Assembly (NCBI GenBank): GCA_026023565.1
Contig: JAPETS010000026.1
Location: 310,001 to 374,000, forward strand
Reading direction: 5' to 3'
Source of the DNA: Cirrosporium novae-zelandiae
Lineage: Eukaryota
DNA length: 64,000 nucleotides
Numbering within the stretch: the stretch's first letter is position 1; every line of letters begins with the position of its first letter. A model generated the notes under the pieces. It was not told where the DNA came from. It did no database searches and was given only the letters and a program-made list of their open reading frames with translations. The position numbers and the translations under genes are program-made. Shown here one piece after another: positions 1-11,352 of this stretch.

Positions 1-1991
1 TTACACATAATTGGACAATTAACTAACTATCAAGTAGCTAACTATATCCACTTACATTTGAAATATAAAAGCCAACACCCTAGACTAAATCCTCCAGTAG
101 ACAGTGCAATAGGAATATCTAACCATACAGGAATAATAGTAGTATTAATAATAGTAGATCCGCATCCATGCCCACATGCCTACACGCTCCTACAAGATAT
201 TGGAGCAGATAGATGCGACAAACTTGTAGATTCTATGTGTGGGATCGCTAGCTAAATAGTGGGTGACACGTGACCGGTTTATAACCCTAACACAAGACAC
301 CATCCCTTCGGTGCCCTAATACTCTCTTTCACTGACTCTTTCACTCTCACTCTCTCACTTCAGGCAACCATTCGCTTAACTCAGCTAACCATGATCATTC
401 GGTGCTCCTTTTTTTTTTGTTTTTTTTTTGTTTTTTCAAAGGGGAACGAACCTCCCGATCCTTAATATCATGGTAAAGAAAAAACCTGAGGTCGAGGTCA
501 ATCGAGTTTTGTGTGGGAATGGATAAGTAAGCCGATATCCTTGACGTCCTCGATGTCCGCAATGGTTGTCTGTAGGTTGCATTCTTGGGGTTAAAAGTAA
601 TGATGTGCTTGGTTGATACACCTTCATTGTTAGCTACTAGAATAAGTAATAAGTAATAGGAGTGTAGCATAATGTTAGGCAAGATGCCCGCAAAAGATGA
701 TGATGATAATAGATTAGGAGTGCCCCCTCCCCCCCCTCCCTCCTTCCCCTTTGATAATTGCTAAAGTCCAAACGCCTAGTTTAGATTTTATCATGCAAAC
801 ACGTTCTCTCCCTCCCTTTTATAAAGGATTTGTGTTGTCGTATGTCTCGTATTGTCGTATGTTTTGTTTATGCAGCTACAGCTACTTTTTGCTGAGGCTT
901 ATGTGTGTGTGTGTGTGTGTGCCCTTTAAAATATTTGTGTGATGATGACTATGGTAGAGGGAGAAGGAGTGAAAGGGAGTAGGTAGGTAGGTAGATGGGT
1001 AGATAAAATAGACCTACGGGATGTATCTATATGTGTGTGCATGCGTGCGTGCATGCACGAAAACTAAGAGGAATAGAAATTTTGTGCGCGTAAATAGATG
1101 GGGAAAGTACTATCTGTCTTTTTGTATAGTACTTGATTATTCGTTTTTGTTTGACTGTTTTTCCTTGTTTGGGTGGTGGTGGTAGTTCGTTTTGTCATTT
1201 CCTTTTACAATATTAAAATCTTAGTTTGGGAAGCCAGGGGGGGGAGTTATGATTGGGATAGATTGGATTTGGCTGGATAAGGGATTCGTGATATACACTT
1301 GAGGGCTTGGTGAACTTGGTAGAGTTGTGCCTTCAGGCAAAAGAAAAAAGAAGAATAGAAAGACCATTCGTCACTAAGTTGTGCATACTAAATGGCTAAT
1401 CAGATTGATGTTTAAACATTCTAAGATATATGTAAACCAACTAGATCAAGGGATTTGTCTTATTTCCATCTCTAAGACGGGGAGGTGCCACTAAGTATTC
1501 ACAGTCGAGGCTTCATGGAAAAACCTGAAGAGCATGGTGGGTGGTGAGGCATACCATTGAAACCCCAACACCCCAGAGTCGTAGTCTCTATTTTCCTCTA
1601 TATGTAACTTCCGTAACATTTTGCTTCCGGATTAAGAAGGCTGGCATCTATCTCACGTTCAACATCCAAGGAAGGGAAAAAAGAGGCTTATCAACTCATT
1701 TCCCCCCTCTTTCCACCTTTCACTCGAATACCTCGTTTGGTGTCCTGGAAAGCTTTCAAGACTGACTAAACTAAGTTGTTTGAAAGCCCTTATCACCTAT
1801 CTTGATCTTATAAGTAGAGTTGAATCATCTTATCATAGATCATCTCACGCAATTACCCACCCCATCAATCACCACTGAGAGTTATCGCTGCTAAGCTATC
1901 TCTAGCTGTTAGTACCAACCCCCAATCAACTTCCTGCGGAGACTTTTGTGTATATGTTCAACGCTAACCTACTAGCTTTCGAACGAAATTT

Positions 1992-3078
1992 ATGAAAATG
2001 AATTTCTTTCCAATTGGAATCGATTGGAGTCAATACCCCGAATTCATCGAAGCCACTAGTGACCAAAGCCCAAGCGGACTGACAGCTTATCGTAAGTCAA
2101 GCCGTCTGGATTAGCCAGTCACTACCAGCATAAAAATAATTGATAGGTATACCACCAAAGGCTGGAAATATGCCAAATGATATCACGTCGTTCAAGGCAG
2201 GACAATCGGATTGGTCAATCCTCAACCTTCCAAATATCCTGTACGTTTTACATCCCCCAGCAGAGTATCTTTGGGATACATTTAGGATTCCGAGCAAACC
2301 CCCAATGAAACGGGATGCTGCTGGGGAAATTATGAAAGATCCCATAAATCTCGAAAAAGTAATTTATGACTGGAAGATTCTCCCAGATCACATAAGCACA
2401 AAAGTCGAAGGATGGCGTATTGAAGCTTGGAAAAGGCTTGATCCTCGGCTAAGTTTGTGAGATATTGTCGAAAGAATGCCGGTGGAAGGAAAATCAAATC
2501 CCAGTGCCCTCTACATTCGGGCATTTGACTTTAGATCACATTGTACTCTCAAGTCTTGGTTTCTCCAGGGGCAGTCAGAATACAGGAAAAAGAGGATTCT
2601 ACCAGGATTGTCGAAAGACCATCAAAACAATACAACAAGAGGAGTAACCCCAGGACTAATTGACCCGAAGCTCGAACGATTTGGAAATTGGGTGCACTTC
2701 CCGCTTAGTACCAAACTCCACCGAGACTATCTCAAAAGTATTAGATTCGAAGGCCAAGACCCGTCCGAAGGCCAAGGCCCATCCTTATCCCTTAGTGACG
2801 CTGAAAGCAGCATCAATTAAACCAGGGAGAATGAAGAAGATGAGATATCGGAATGGTTAAGGTTGGGAGTCTCAAATGGGTCGTTGGAAGGGTCAGATGA
2901 AATGCTTGCAGAGTTAAATGACCCAGCGACCTACTCTGTGAGCATGCTTGCAAGGCAAAATGCAGAGGTAAATGAATTTGGAAACAATGAGATACTTGAG
3001 AATATTGCCAGTGAAGACCCGAACAATCCATATCCCCAGGACCAGGACGTTGAACTCCAGAATGATGGTCAGGGCTAG
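1992..3078 (+). pseudogene. Spliced pseudogene of a fungal hypothetical protein (LPDHIS..VEGWRIEAW.RLDPR motif)
   Basis: ATG at 1992, exon to 2091, intron 2092-2146 (GTAAGT...TAG) splices in frame. ORFs 2140-2460, 2476-2820 and 2863-3078 are all in one frame, separated only by TGA (2458-2460) and TAA (2818-2820). Read through: ...RLDPRLSL*DIVERM...NNTTRGVTPGLIDP. Confidence 0.65.
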
Positions 3079-4220
3079 TTTCAAGACTTTTGAAGCTTGG
3101 TACTGGCCTCCATCTATCTCTAAAGTTATGGGATACTATTTCAATCCGCATAACCCACTTCTGAGATGAGGTATTTGTACAGTACAGTACAGTACAGTAC
3201 ATTAGTAAGTTTAGGAATGAATTCAAACCGTGTTCTGCGGGATTATAAGAGGAGTATAGGAATGGTATATCATAAAGTATAGATATTAATTTGCAATTAT
3301 AAATGGTAACAAATGATATATTCTACTGCTTACGAGCATGGACGTAGGTATGCGATACTTAAATGAACGAAAATATGGCGCTAACGAACACGCTAGTGGA
3401 CTACAATAGCTGCTTATATTACCCGCGCGTCTATAATATGCCTTTTTGTTATCACTCCATTATCTAGCAACTGAAGGATTCTAACCACCAAAGGGCTCAA
3501 GGATCATCGTACAAGTAAACTCTTTGCTAGCGTTCATCTCACTGTCCTCATTTAGCTTCATTCCATGAAAAGTAACAAGTAAGATGGAGAGAAGGTAGAT
3601 GATTAAAGAAACTCGATCGATTATATATTGAGGTTTAGGGGTTAACGGAAATCTAGAGACCTTTATGAACTAGATTCTAGTAGTCATATTTTAAACTGTA
3701 CATATAGAGAGCGAATAGGATCTTACTGTTGGTTTGATTGGCAATAAAACAAAGGTGAGGATGAACCTGAAGAATCTTAATTTTGCTCTTCGATTGAAAC
3801 TATCCAGACAGGCCAGGGTAGGACCAGCACAATACAGTTTGTATAATAGTATGCGTGTATTTTGCTTTAAGGGTTGTTGCGTCGAGGTTAAGGCAATAGA
3901 CTGATATTTAGTGTTGGCAATTCCTTCATCAATACCCTATTCTAAGTGACGGTTGCTTGAAAAGAACGTTGTAAGATTTCCTTCAAATATCCTTAAAGCA
4001 ATAAATGGAAAGCTACCGATCAACCCCAAATGTCCGCTTGCCATCATCACCAGCCCTTGGCTTAGAGAAATAGCAATTGCAGCGGGACCGGAGAATGCCC
4101 ACTAACTCTGACTATTGTGGAAGTCATACATCATCCCCCCCCCCAAATCAGGCGAATATGTGGGGCCTATGAAAGGATGGAATCTTAACTGGCAGTGGAG
4201 TCTTGAAGTTAGTCCAAAGG

Positions 4221-5799
4221 TCAAGATGAACATTCGGAAGAAATATTGTTTACGCAAAGATACGTAATTACACCTGATTCTCTTTGTGCGGCGGGGATGC
4301 GGGATTCTTTTTTCTCTGTTAGATATGTATATTGATAGCTGCGTTTTGCGCATTCACTGCTTTGGATCGGATTGCGGTCGCACTGGTTGGGGTTGGTGTC
4401 AGTAAGGATCTAGGAAGGATTTAGTATGTGGATGGGTTGGATTTGAGGCCGGATTACCTTTGTTTTTATCCTGCAGCATCTATCGCAGCACTTTCTCTAT
4501 TCTCGTGCTTATGCTTATGTTTTATATGTTTTTGGTAGAAGGGCATTTTGCTGTATCTGAAGCCCGGGGGCGCGGTTTTCAGCGGGAGAGGTGTAGGGGA
4601 TGCTGCTAAGGAATCGGTGGGTATTCGGAAGCGGGAGCTGCGTCGAAAGTGGTCGGTATGGGTCTTGTGCCATTAGCTGGACTTAGGCGAGGAAACGTGA
4701 ACTGATTGAGGCATCTCCATTAAGGCCTGCTGTAGCTCATGGGTTCCAGCCTCTGAACGTGATACTGTCTCCGCCTGCTTTTTTAATTTCCTCATTTCCG
4801 ATCTTTGCTGACATCGTCGTTGTTCGTATTCCTTTCTTCTTTTTTTGGCATCAGCAATAGATATAGCTTTTCGTTCAGCAGCCAGACGATGGATGGCAGA
4901 GTGGGCGTAGGTTACGAGAGCTCCTCAGAAGTGGTCGCTGAATTTGATGTCAATACAGCCTTGACAGTCAAATTTGGGGCATGTTTTCCTACATAGAGAT
5001 AGGTTTATACGTTAGCTAGAACTAGCAGAATTTCGAGACGAGACTTGGGCTCACGGCGACTATCCCTCGGATACCTTCTCGATCGACGAACGCCCCTTGA
5101 TGAATCAGAACATAGAAAAGTATGTCTTATATTCTCAAAAAATTATTTTCCTTCACCGTTCTTAATTGGCCTATAATACTGTCGAGAGACGTAGTTGTAT
5201 TGAAATCCATCGACTTCTTCAATAGCCCGCTTGACAGTCCAACATGCTCCTCGCCGATGGCGCTGTCTCACAATGGGATCTGGTTCATTGAAAATAAGGT
5301 CTAGCACGCTTATAGTCGTAGGTGAGGAATTCTCTAGAGTATGAGCGTTCCCCCCTGTTTCCGAGCTGCTGTTGTCGTCTTCATCCTCCGGCTCCGATCC
5401 CACCCTCGGCATTGTGGTGTGTCGTACTCGTGTGCTCGAATTCGGCAATTTCTAGATGGACAAAGCTATCAATAAGAAATGATAGTTCTAAGAAGCCCGG
5501 TATTAATTGAGCCCCTCTATATCAATAAACTCTTTCACCCGCCGTTGAAGTTCGGGTAGCGATCCACAGCGAATCATGGCCTCTGGATTCCACGATCCTT
5601 GGGATATTTTAAATACAGGACGTACGAATTTGAGCAAGTATAATAATTGATCGTTCGTCGGATGTTTGTTGAATTGCTTAATTAATATATTTGTAAATTG
5701 CAATTTCTTGTTTGCGTAGCTCAGGAGAGGCTCTCTCTCCCTCTCTTTCTCCGTCGGTCGGGAGGACAGATCAGGCGCCCGATATTGAGTGCGCCACAC
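4221..5799 (-). pseudogene. Pseudogene of a transcription factor with a CCHH (WRKY/FAR1-like) region and a C-terminal Zn(II)2Cys6 cluster
   Basis: Introns 5074-4989 (GTATCC..GCTAAC..TAG) and 4457-4383 (GTAATC..TACTGAC..CAG). Spliced translation: RAIEEVDGFQY..HTFLCSDS..KTCPKFDCQGCIDIKFS..VTYAHSAIH, then CDRCCRIKTK|CDRNPIQSSECAKRSYQYTY (Zn2Cys6 spacing, Cys4 and Cys6 lost). Stops at 5145-5143, 4927-4925 and 4675-4673, plus a frameshift before 4487. The 5' end is uncertain. Confidence 0.75.
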
Positions 5800-6403
5800 C
5801 GGACTTTGGAAGGAAAAGGGGGGATGGTTTCTTTGAATATTGAGGATTGAGGATTAAAGATTTAAGATGGTTATACTGTCGCTCTCTTCATAGTTGGATT
5901 ATAGTTATAGCGCACGGTCCCTGACTTAACCCTTCCCCACCTCGAATTTCCTTGAGACTAATCGAGTATCCATCTGCACTCTATCTCCAGTAACTTAGCA
6001 AGCCAATGCCAGCCGTGCCAGCCGTGCCAGCAAAAAGAGTCCAACATAGTTGCTATTGTTGAACTTTCTCCACTCCCATCTTTCCACTAAGAGATGGCGG
6101 TCTGCTTACTGTGCTGATCGGCTCCAGCCAAATCATAACTTTTGGCTTTCCCCTACGATAATCGATAATGCTCTCCATGCAAACCTTTCTCCTTTTCCTT
6201 CCGATTTGATTTCGTATAATAGTTATCCACTCTGCTCTTCTCTTGAACATGAACATTTAACAATTTACCGAATAGTCGATGTGGGAGTGGACAGTACTGA
6301 GCAAAAAATAGCCTTTAACACCATTCGGTGTAATACATTTTTCTATCATTATCATATCCCTTGGTTGTGGTTTTTATCTGTGTGGATTTGATTTGAGCAT
6401 ACC

Positions 6404-8873
6404 ATGTATCGGATTAGGCTCAAATGTAATATTTGCGGTGTCGAAGTTGGCGCGGGATACCATTGTTGGATCGATGAATTCCGAGCTGTCTATACAAAGG
6501 GATATGAATGGTCAAATCCTCGCATTTCTGGTGTTGGGTCACGACGAAATATATATAGCAGCACCGTCTTGGCTCCCCAAGATTTCGGTGTTCGCTTTGA
6601 CGATCCAGGTTTTAGTCGGCCTTCTAGCCTCGACATTCATTCATATTTATGCATGGATCAAAGCGCAGTCTTGGACGAAAGCCATTATTGGGGATTTATC
6701 TTCCATGATTCCTGCTGGCAACTGCTTAATGCGGCATGCTACCCTCGACAGGTCAGTGCCCAGGTTCTATATGACTTTTGTAGGTCTTGTCCTGGAATCA
6801 ATTGGGTCATAAACTGGGGTCACAATTACGGGATCCTAGATGTCAGCAATGCTAAAAAGGTCCTTCCTGTATTTGAAGGATTCCTCCTTGAGGAGTACGA
6901 GAGAGTCAGCGAACTACGAGCCACCGTTACTGGTGCATTTTATCTAGCCGATCCGTTCCACTGGCCTATCCTTGGAGAGATAGTAGAAGGAGCTCTACAT
7001 GAGAGAGGAGACCTTATAATTCAAAAACAACCGATTTCTGTTGCATATGTTGACCGAGACCGGTTCGCAAAATTACCACCGGAAGTTCGTGAAATTGTGA
7101 TAATCAATCTTCCGTATAAGGATGTCAAAAACCTTCGGTTGGCTTCCAGGGCTTTTGCGTCAATATTTTTCTCGCAGTCTTTTTGGGCTTCCAGATTCAA
7201 GCGTGGTTTTGAGTTCCCTTTTATTTATGAAATCGAAACTCTCCCTAGGGCTAAGCCAAGTTTCCTTAACTGGAAATACATATTTTTCTGTCTGGCCCAT
7301 TTGAGTTACTGTTCTAATTACAAGAATAGAGCGCGGGTTTGGGATGTAGTGCAACCGTTAGCAGATGCGCTAAATCCCTTTGCTGATGTTCGCCTTTGTG
7401 GAACGCCATCCCCGACATTTTATGATCCTGACTTTACGGAAGCCATATCGGAGTGGAGATGCGTTGGTGGGAATGTTAGAGAGGACAAACGGTCATTGTT
7501 ATTTGGCTGCAGGACGTTATTCTCACGGACAGTCAATGTCCCATCGAAATTGGCGGCAGTCTGTGTCTCAATTATTTGGTTCTATGATGTTCATTATATT
7601 ACCGGGCTTCGATTTGTTGAAGAGGGGGGAGACATTGTTGATATGGGCTATATCCTCTCTGATGACATGATTACCTTGGAGATCAAGGACCTTTCGGGGG
7701 GAGAGAGTAGCAATCATCTCCGGGGATTTCAGCTAGGAATTGGCCCAAGGGGAATACAAGCAATTGCGCTCGTAACAGGCGATGGAAGGGTATCAAAATG
7801 GGTTGGGCGTCCCCAGAATTTACTCCGGACACGTTTACTGTCAGGGGGTCAACATATTAAAGAGCTCAAAGGGAATTTCGATGTAAGTCACTATCAAACC
7901 CAACGATATCGCAAACTAACGTCTCGAAGGGATTTAAGATGGTATCCTTGGGGGTTCCTGATAATGATCGAAACGATTACTCCGATGGCAGCGACAATCT
8001 AGGCTTCCAATCAATACGAGATACATTTCCCTGGTTTCCAGAAATCCCTGATGTGAATTTGGATTTGAACGAAGATTCATTCCAAGACCAATTTCGCATA
8101 TTTCCCAGCACCCCCACATACTCCCCCTTGATGTTTCTTCATTTTGGCGGTCCCCAGGGCATCCATCTCGGAAACATAATATCCTTGTCACTCTGGGTAA
8201 TCGACGCCTACCAAAGACCCATGGGTATCGAAATTGAATACAACAAAGAAGTTGAAGGCAAGAAAATCCACCAGCTTGGCTGCTGTGGGCCTTTTGACGA
8301 CGACAACGACAACGACGATAACAACAATAAACCACGCGGAACTCAAGATGGTATTGCAGACCAAAAAGTCACTTTCCCAATCGACGGACCAGGAGGAGAG
8401 CGCATAAACCGCGTCGACGTTCAAAAAGTAAACTATCGACGACAACTATGCTTCCAGGTAAGCAAAAAAACTTAAAACTAAAATCTAGCTACACATTGTT
8501 TAACTTCTCTTACTCTAAACAATACCAACTAACTCTCCCTCCCTCCTCCTTCTCACAGGTCCACACAAACCATAACCGCTCCATGATTTTCCCAAAGGAC
8601 GTCCAACATCGAGATTGGCCACTCGGGCTTAAAGAAGTACAGGTTAAACAGAATACAGAGGTTACTGGGTTTTATATTCTAGTATGTCTCCATATGTCAT
8701 GTCATTCCTCCCTTTTCCCTTTCCCATATATATATATTCAAAACCATGCGCTCCAAAACAAAAAAAAAAGAGAGAGAGAGAGAAAAGAGCTAATAACATA
8801 CACAACAATACAGGCTAGTCGAGATTGCTTGGTAGATCTGGGTGTTGTTTCAGAATGTCTTTTCTTAAACTAG
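6404..8873 (+). CDS. Fungal F-box domain protein (DUF7600-like C-terminal region)
   Basis: Exons 6404-7882, 7930-8457, 8559-8681, 8814-8873 with in-phase GT-AG introns. F-box DRFAKLPPEVREIVIINLPYKDVKNLRLASR, N-terminal CNIC and GFIFHDSCW motifs, YITGLRF and GFKMVSLG motifs. Confidence 0.8.
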
Positions 8874-9746
8874 AACACTCCGTTCCCGTTCCGCTCCCAT
8901 TTCGTTGCTGTTATGTGGGTATGTGTTATCGAGAATTTGGTTTGGTTTACAGCATTTGGCTGGCTGGCTGGCCGGCATGGATCGTCATAGATAGGCCGCT
9001 TCAATAGCTAAGTAGATAGATAGATACTGTGGTAGTTCTTGCTTCATCATATCTATATCTATGTGTTACTTAAGGGATCATATGTATTATCCTCCTCTTC
9101 CGAACACATAACATGCGCATATACGTACCAAACCAAACCTCACATATCAAATCGTATTTCTTCCCTCCTTCCTTCATTCCTATGGGATGTGTGAGAAGAG
9201 AAGAAGAAGAAACAAAAATGATACTCTAGATTTGTAGAAAAGTCAAAGGGAAAGATTGTACTATATAATATATACAGTACATATCAACCCAAGGTTGGTT
9301 TAATTTACAAGCTAATAAGTTATTCCTTTTAAAATAAAAATATTATTTTATTCTATCCCCCCTTTTTTTCTCTTCTTCTTTACCATAGTATTTTCTACTG
9401 CTGTTGCCGTTGCCGCTGTTGCTGCGGTAAGAGATTGAAAGGGGGTGATAATTAATGAGGATGAGGATGGGTTTGAGGGTTGCTTGTTTGCTCGAGGGGG
9501 ATGAATAACAGGTAAAGTGGATGTATTTGGTAGGCTTGCATGTGATAGTAGCCTTATGCTAGAATCAGAATAAAATGGAACATGGAAAATGGGAAATGGG
9601 AAATCCGCCTCCAGGAAACGCCATTCAAATCACGAAGTCCGTACGCCGGGGAATAGAGCCTCCATCATATGTGCATATGAAGTAAGGAGAGAGGAAGCGA
9701 GCCCCCCCTCCACCTTTAAAAAAAAGAGGAAAGACTAGAAATACTC

Positions 9747-11352
9747 CTAATACCCTTGCTGCCTATGCCACTTCTCCTGCCAGCCCGGAAACCAAGGACT
9801 CTCCTCCAACGTTCTAACCTCCCACCCATCCTCCACCATCCCCTTCTCCACCTGCTCCCGTTCCCATTCATTCAGAGCCGGAATCGCAACATGCTCCACA
9901 TGCCACGTACCCTTATACTCCATCAGATTCTTCTTGCCCTCCTTGAGCACCTTGTTGACGAGTGCGGGCACGTATGGTTCGTCCCGGAACTCCGAGATAG
10001 GGGTGAAGAGGGCTTTAAAGTTGAAGACGATGGCCGCGGAGAGAGGAAGACGGCGTAGGGTTTGCCAGTCGACGCGCAGATGCAGGCGGTCCAGGGTTAG
10101 GTTGGGGTCTTGTGAAAGGCGGTAGGTTTCCTTGGGGTCGCCGGGGGGCATGAAGAGTGGTTGGTCGACTTCGAGGCCCCACGAGCCGCGTTGGATGGCG
10201 CGGTCAGTGGGTTTTTTGGTGAAGTATCTGTGGAGTTGGGGGGGTTAGTTGAGGGAGATTAGACTATGAGGCGCTAGGTTGGAAGGTACCTGTCCATGGA
10301 AAATTGCATTTTTTCTTTGTAGTCCGGGATTGGTGTGTGAATGGATGGCAAGTCCATTCCCAGTTTTGTCTGTACATTCCAGCCCAGTGCAGAGCACAGA
10401 AGTCCAGCCCTGAAGTGGTAATATCCAGTTTCTGGATTGCGAAGCGTAATGGCGAAATCTTCGGGAATGTTTTCCAACAAGACATGCAGTGGGTGCTTCG
10501 ACTTGATCTTCGTTTCGGTGTTGAGGATCTTGTTGTGGAAGATGGTGTTGTCGGAAGAGAGGCTAAAATATTGAGGGTAACGGGCACAGACGAATTGGAG
10601 AACCATTTCCATGAGTTCCTTGCAGGCAAGTTCAGAGCCGGGTAGGTAGTCGAGGACCATGTTGCCGTGCTTGCGGAACAGCTCACGGCGTTGTTCGATC
10701 CGCTTACGGTAGGTGTTTTCTAATTCGATCCACCAATCTATCTCCATTTTTGTTATTGCTAGATTGAATGGTCGGTTAGCTATGGTTGGGCGGATATGCT
10801 CTTCGATAGTTACATACACATAGTCTGATGATAGACCCATCTAAATGGTCTATATGGCCTCGGAATTGCTTTGTCGATATTAAATTCCTTGTATGGCTGA
10901 GGCAGTGGGATCCCGCTGAGCTCAGCGTAATCGGGAAAGTCACCCAGTGCTCTTATTTCTGCCACTGAAAACCCACAAGGGGTGAAAAGGTTCCCATCAC
11001 ATTGTCTCCAATCAGCATCGAACGGTATCTGCGACCTAGCGAAGGTTTGGCTGTCCACCTCATGGCCAAGAAATTTTATACGTTCGGCTCGTGGCAGCTT
11101 GGAGATAATGTTTGCTAGGGCCTCCCGACGCGAAGGGGGGAAGGCGTTTGTATAGTCGATCCCGGTTGCTGTATTGGAGTTCTTCTTTGACGGAGATAGG
11201 GAACGAGGTGGGGTCTTGGATGTCGAAGCTCGTCGTCCACGAATATGGAACCGACGGAATAGGACATCTCGTTGGCGTTTGCTGAGGACAAGGAAGGTGG
11301 TGGTGCTGAAGAGGAATGTTCCAGCAAAAAGGAGTAGTAGGATTGGCGACAT
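9747..11352 (-). CDS. DUF3445 / heme-dependent oxidative N-demethylase alpha-subunit-like protein with N-terminal membrane anchor
   Basis: Three exons (11352-10818, 10758-~10290, ~10228-9747). Motifs PRPYRPFRW, DWWIELENTY, PEDFAI, IHTPIPDY, RVDWQTLRRLP; hydrophobic N-terminus. Confidence 0.85.

Noticed and set aside
1..295. TpA-rich start of the window and TAACCCTAA at 282-290 as a transposon end or telomere
   Set aside because: Only about 1.5 telomere units, with no terminal repeat or transposase. A similar short motif at about 50928 is also isolated.
305..316. 12-bp CCTTCGGTGCCC matching the reverse complement at about 63799-63810, as terminal inverted repeats of a giant element
   Set aside because: Many 12-mer matches are expected by chance in 64 kb, it extends by at most a base or so, and the enclosed genes are core housekeeping genes.
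836..876. TGTCGTATGT..TTTTG resembling a 5S rRNA 3' end
   Set aside because: No upstream 5S helices or 5' end.
5452..5505. Three extra stops (5505, 5490, 5454) as additional nonsense lesions of the TF pseudogene
   Set aside because: They may lie in an intron (GTACGT donor at 5625, TAG acceptor at 5452), so I did not count them.
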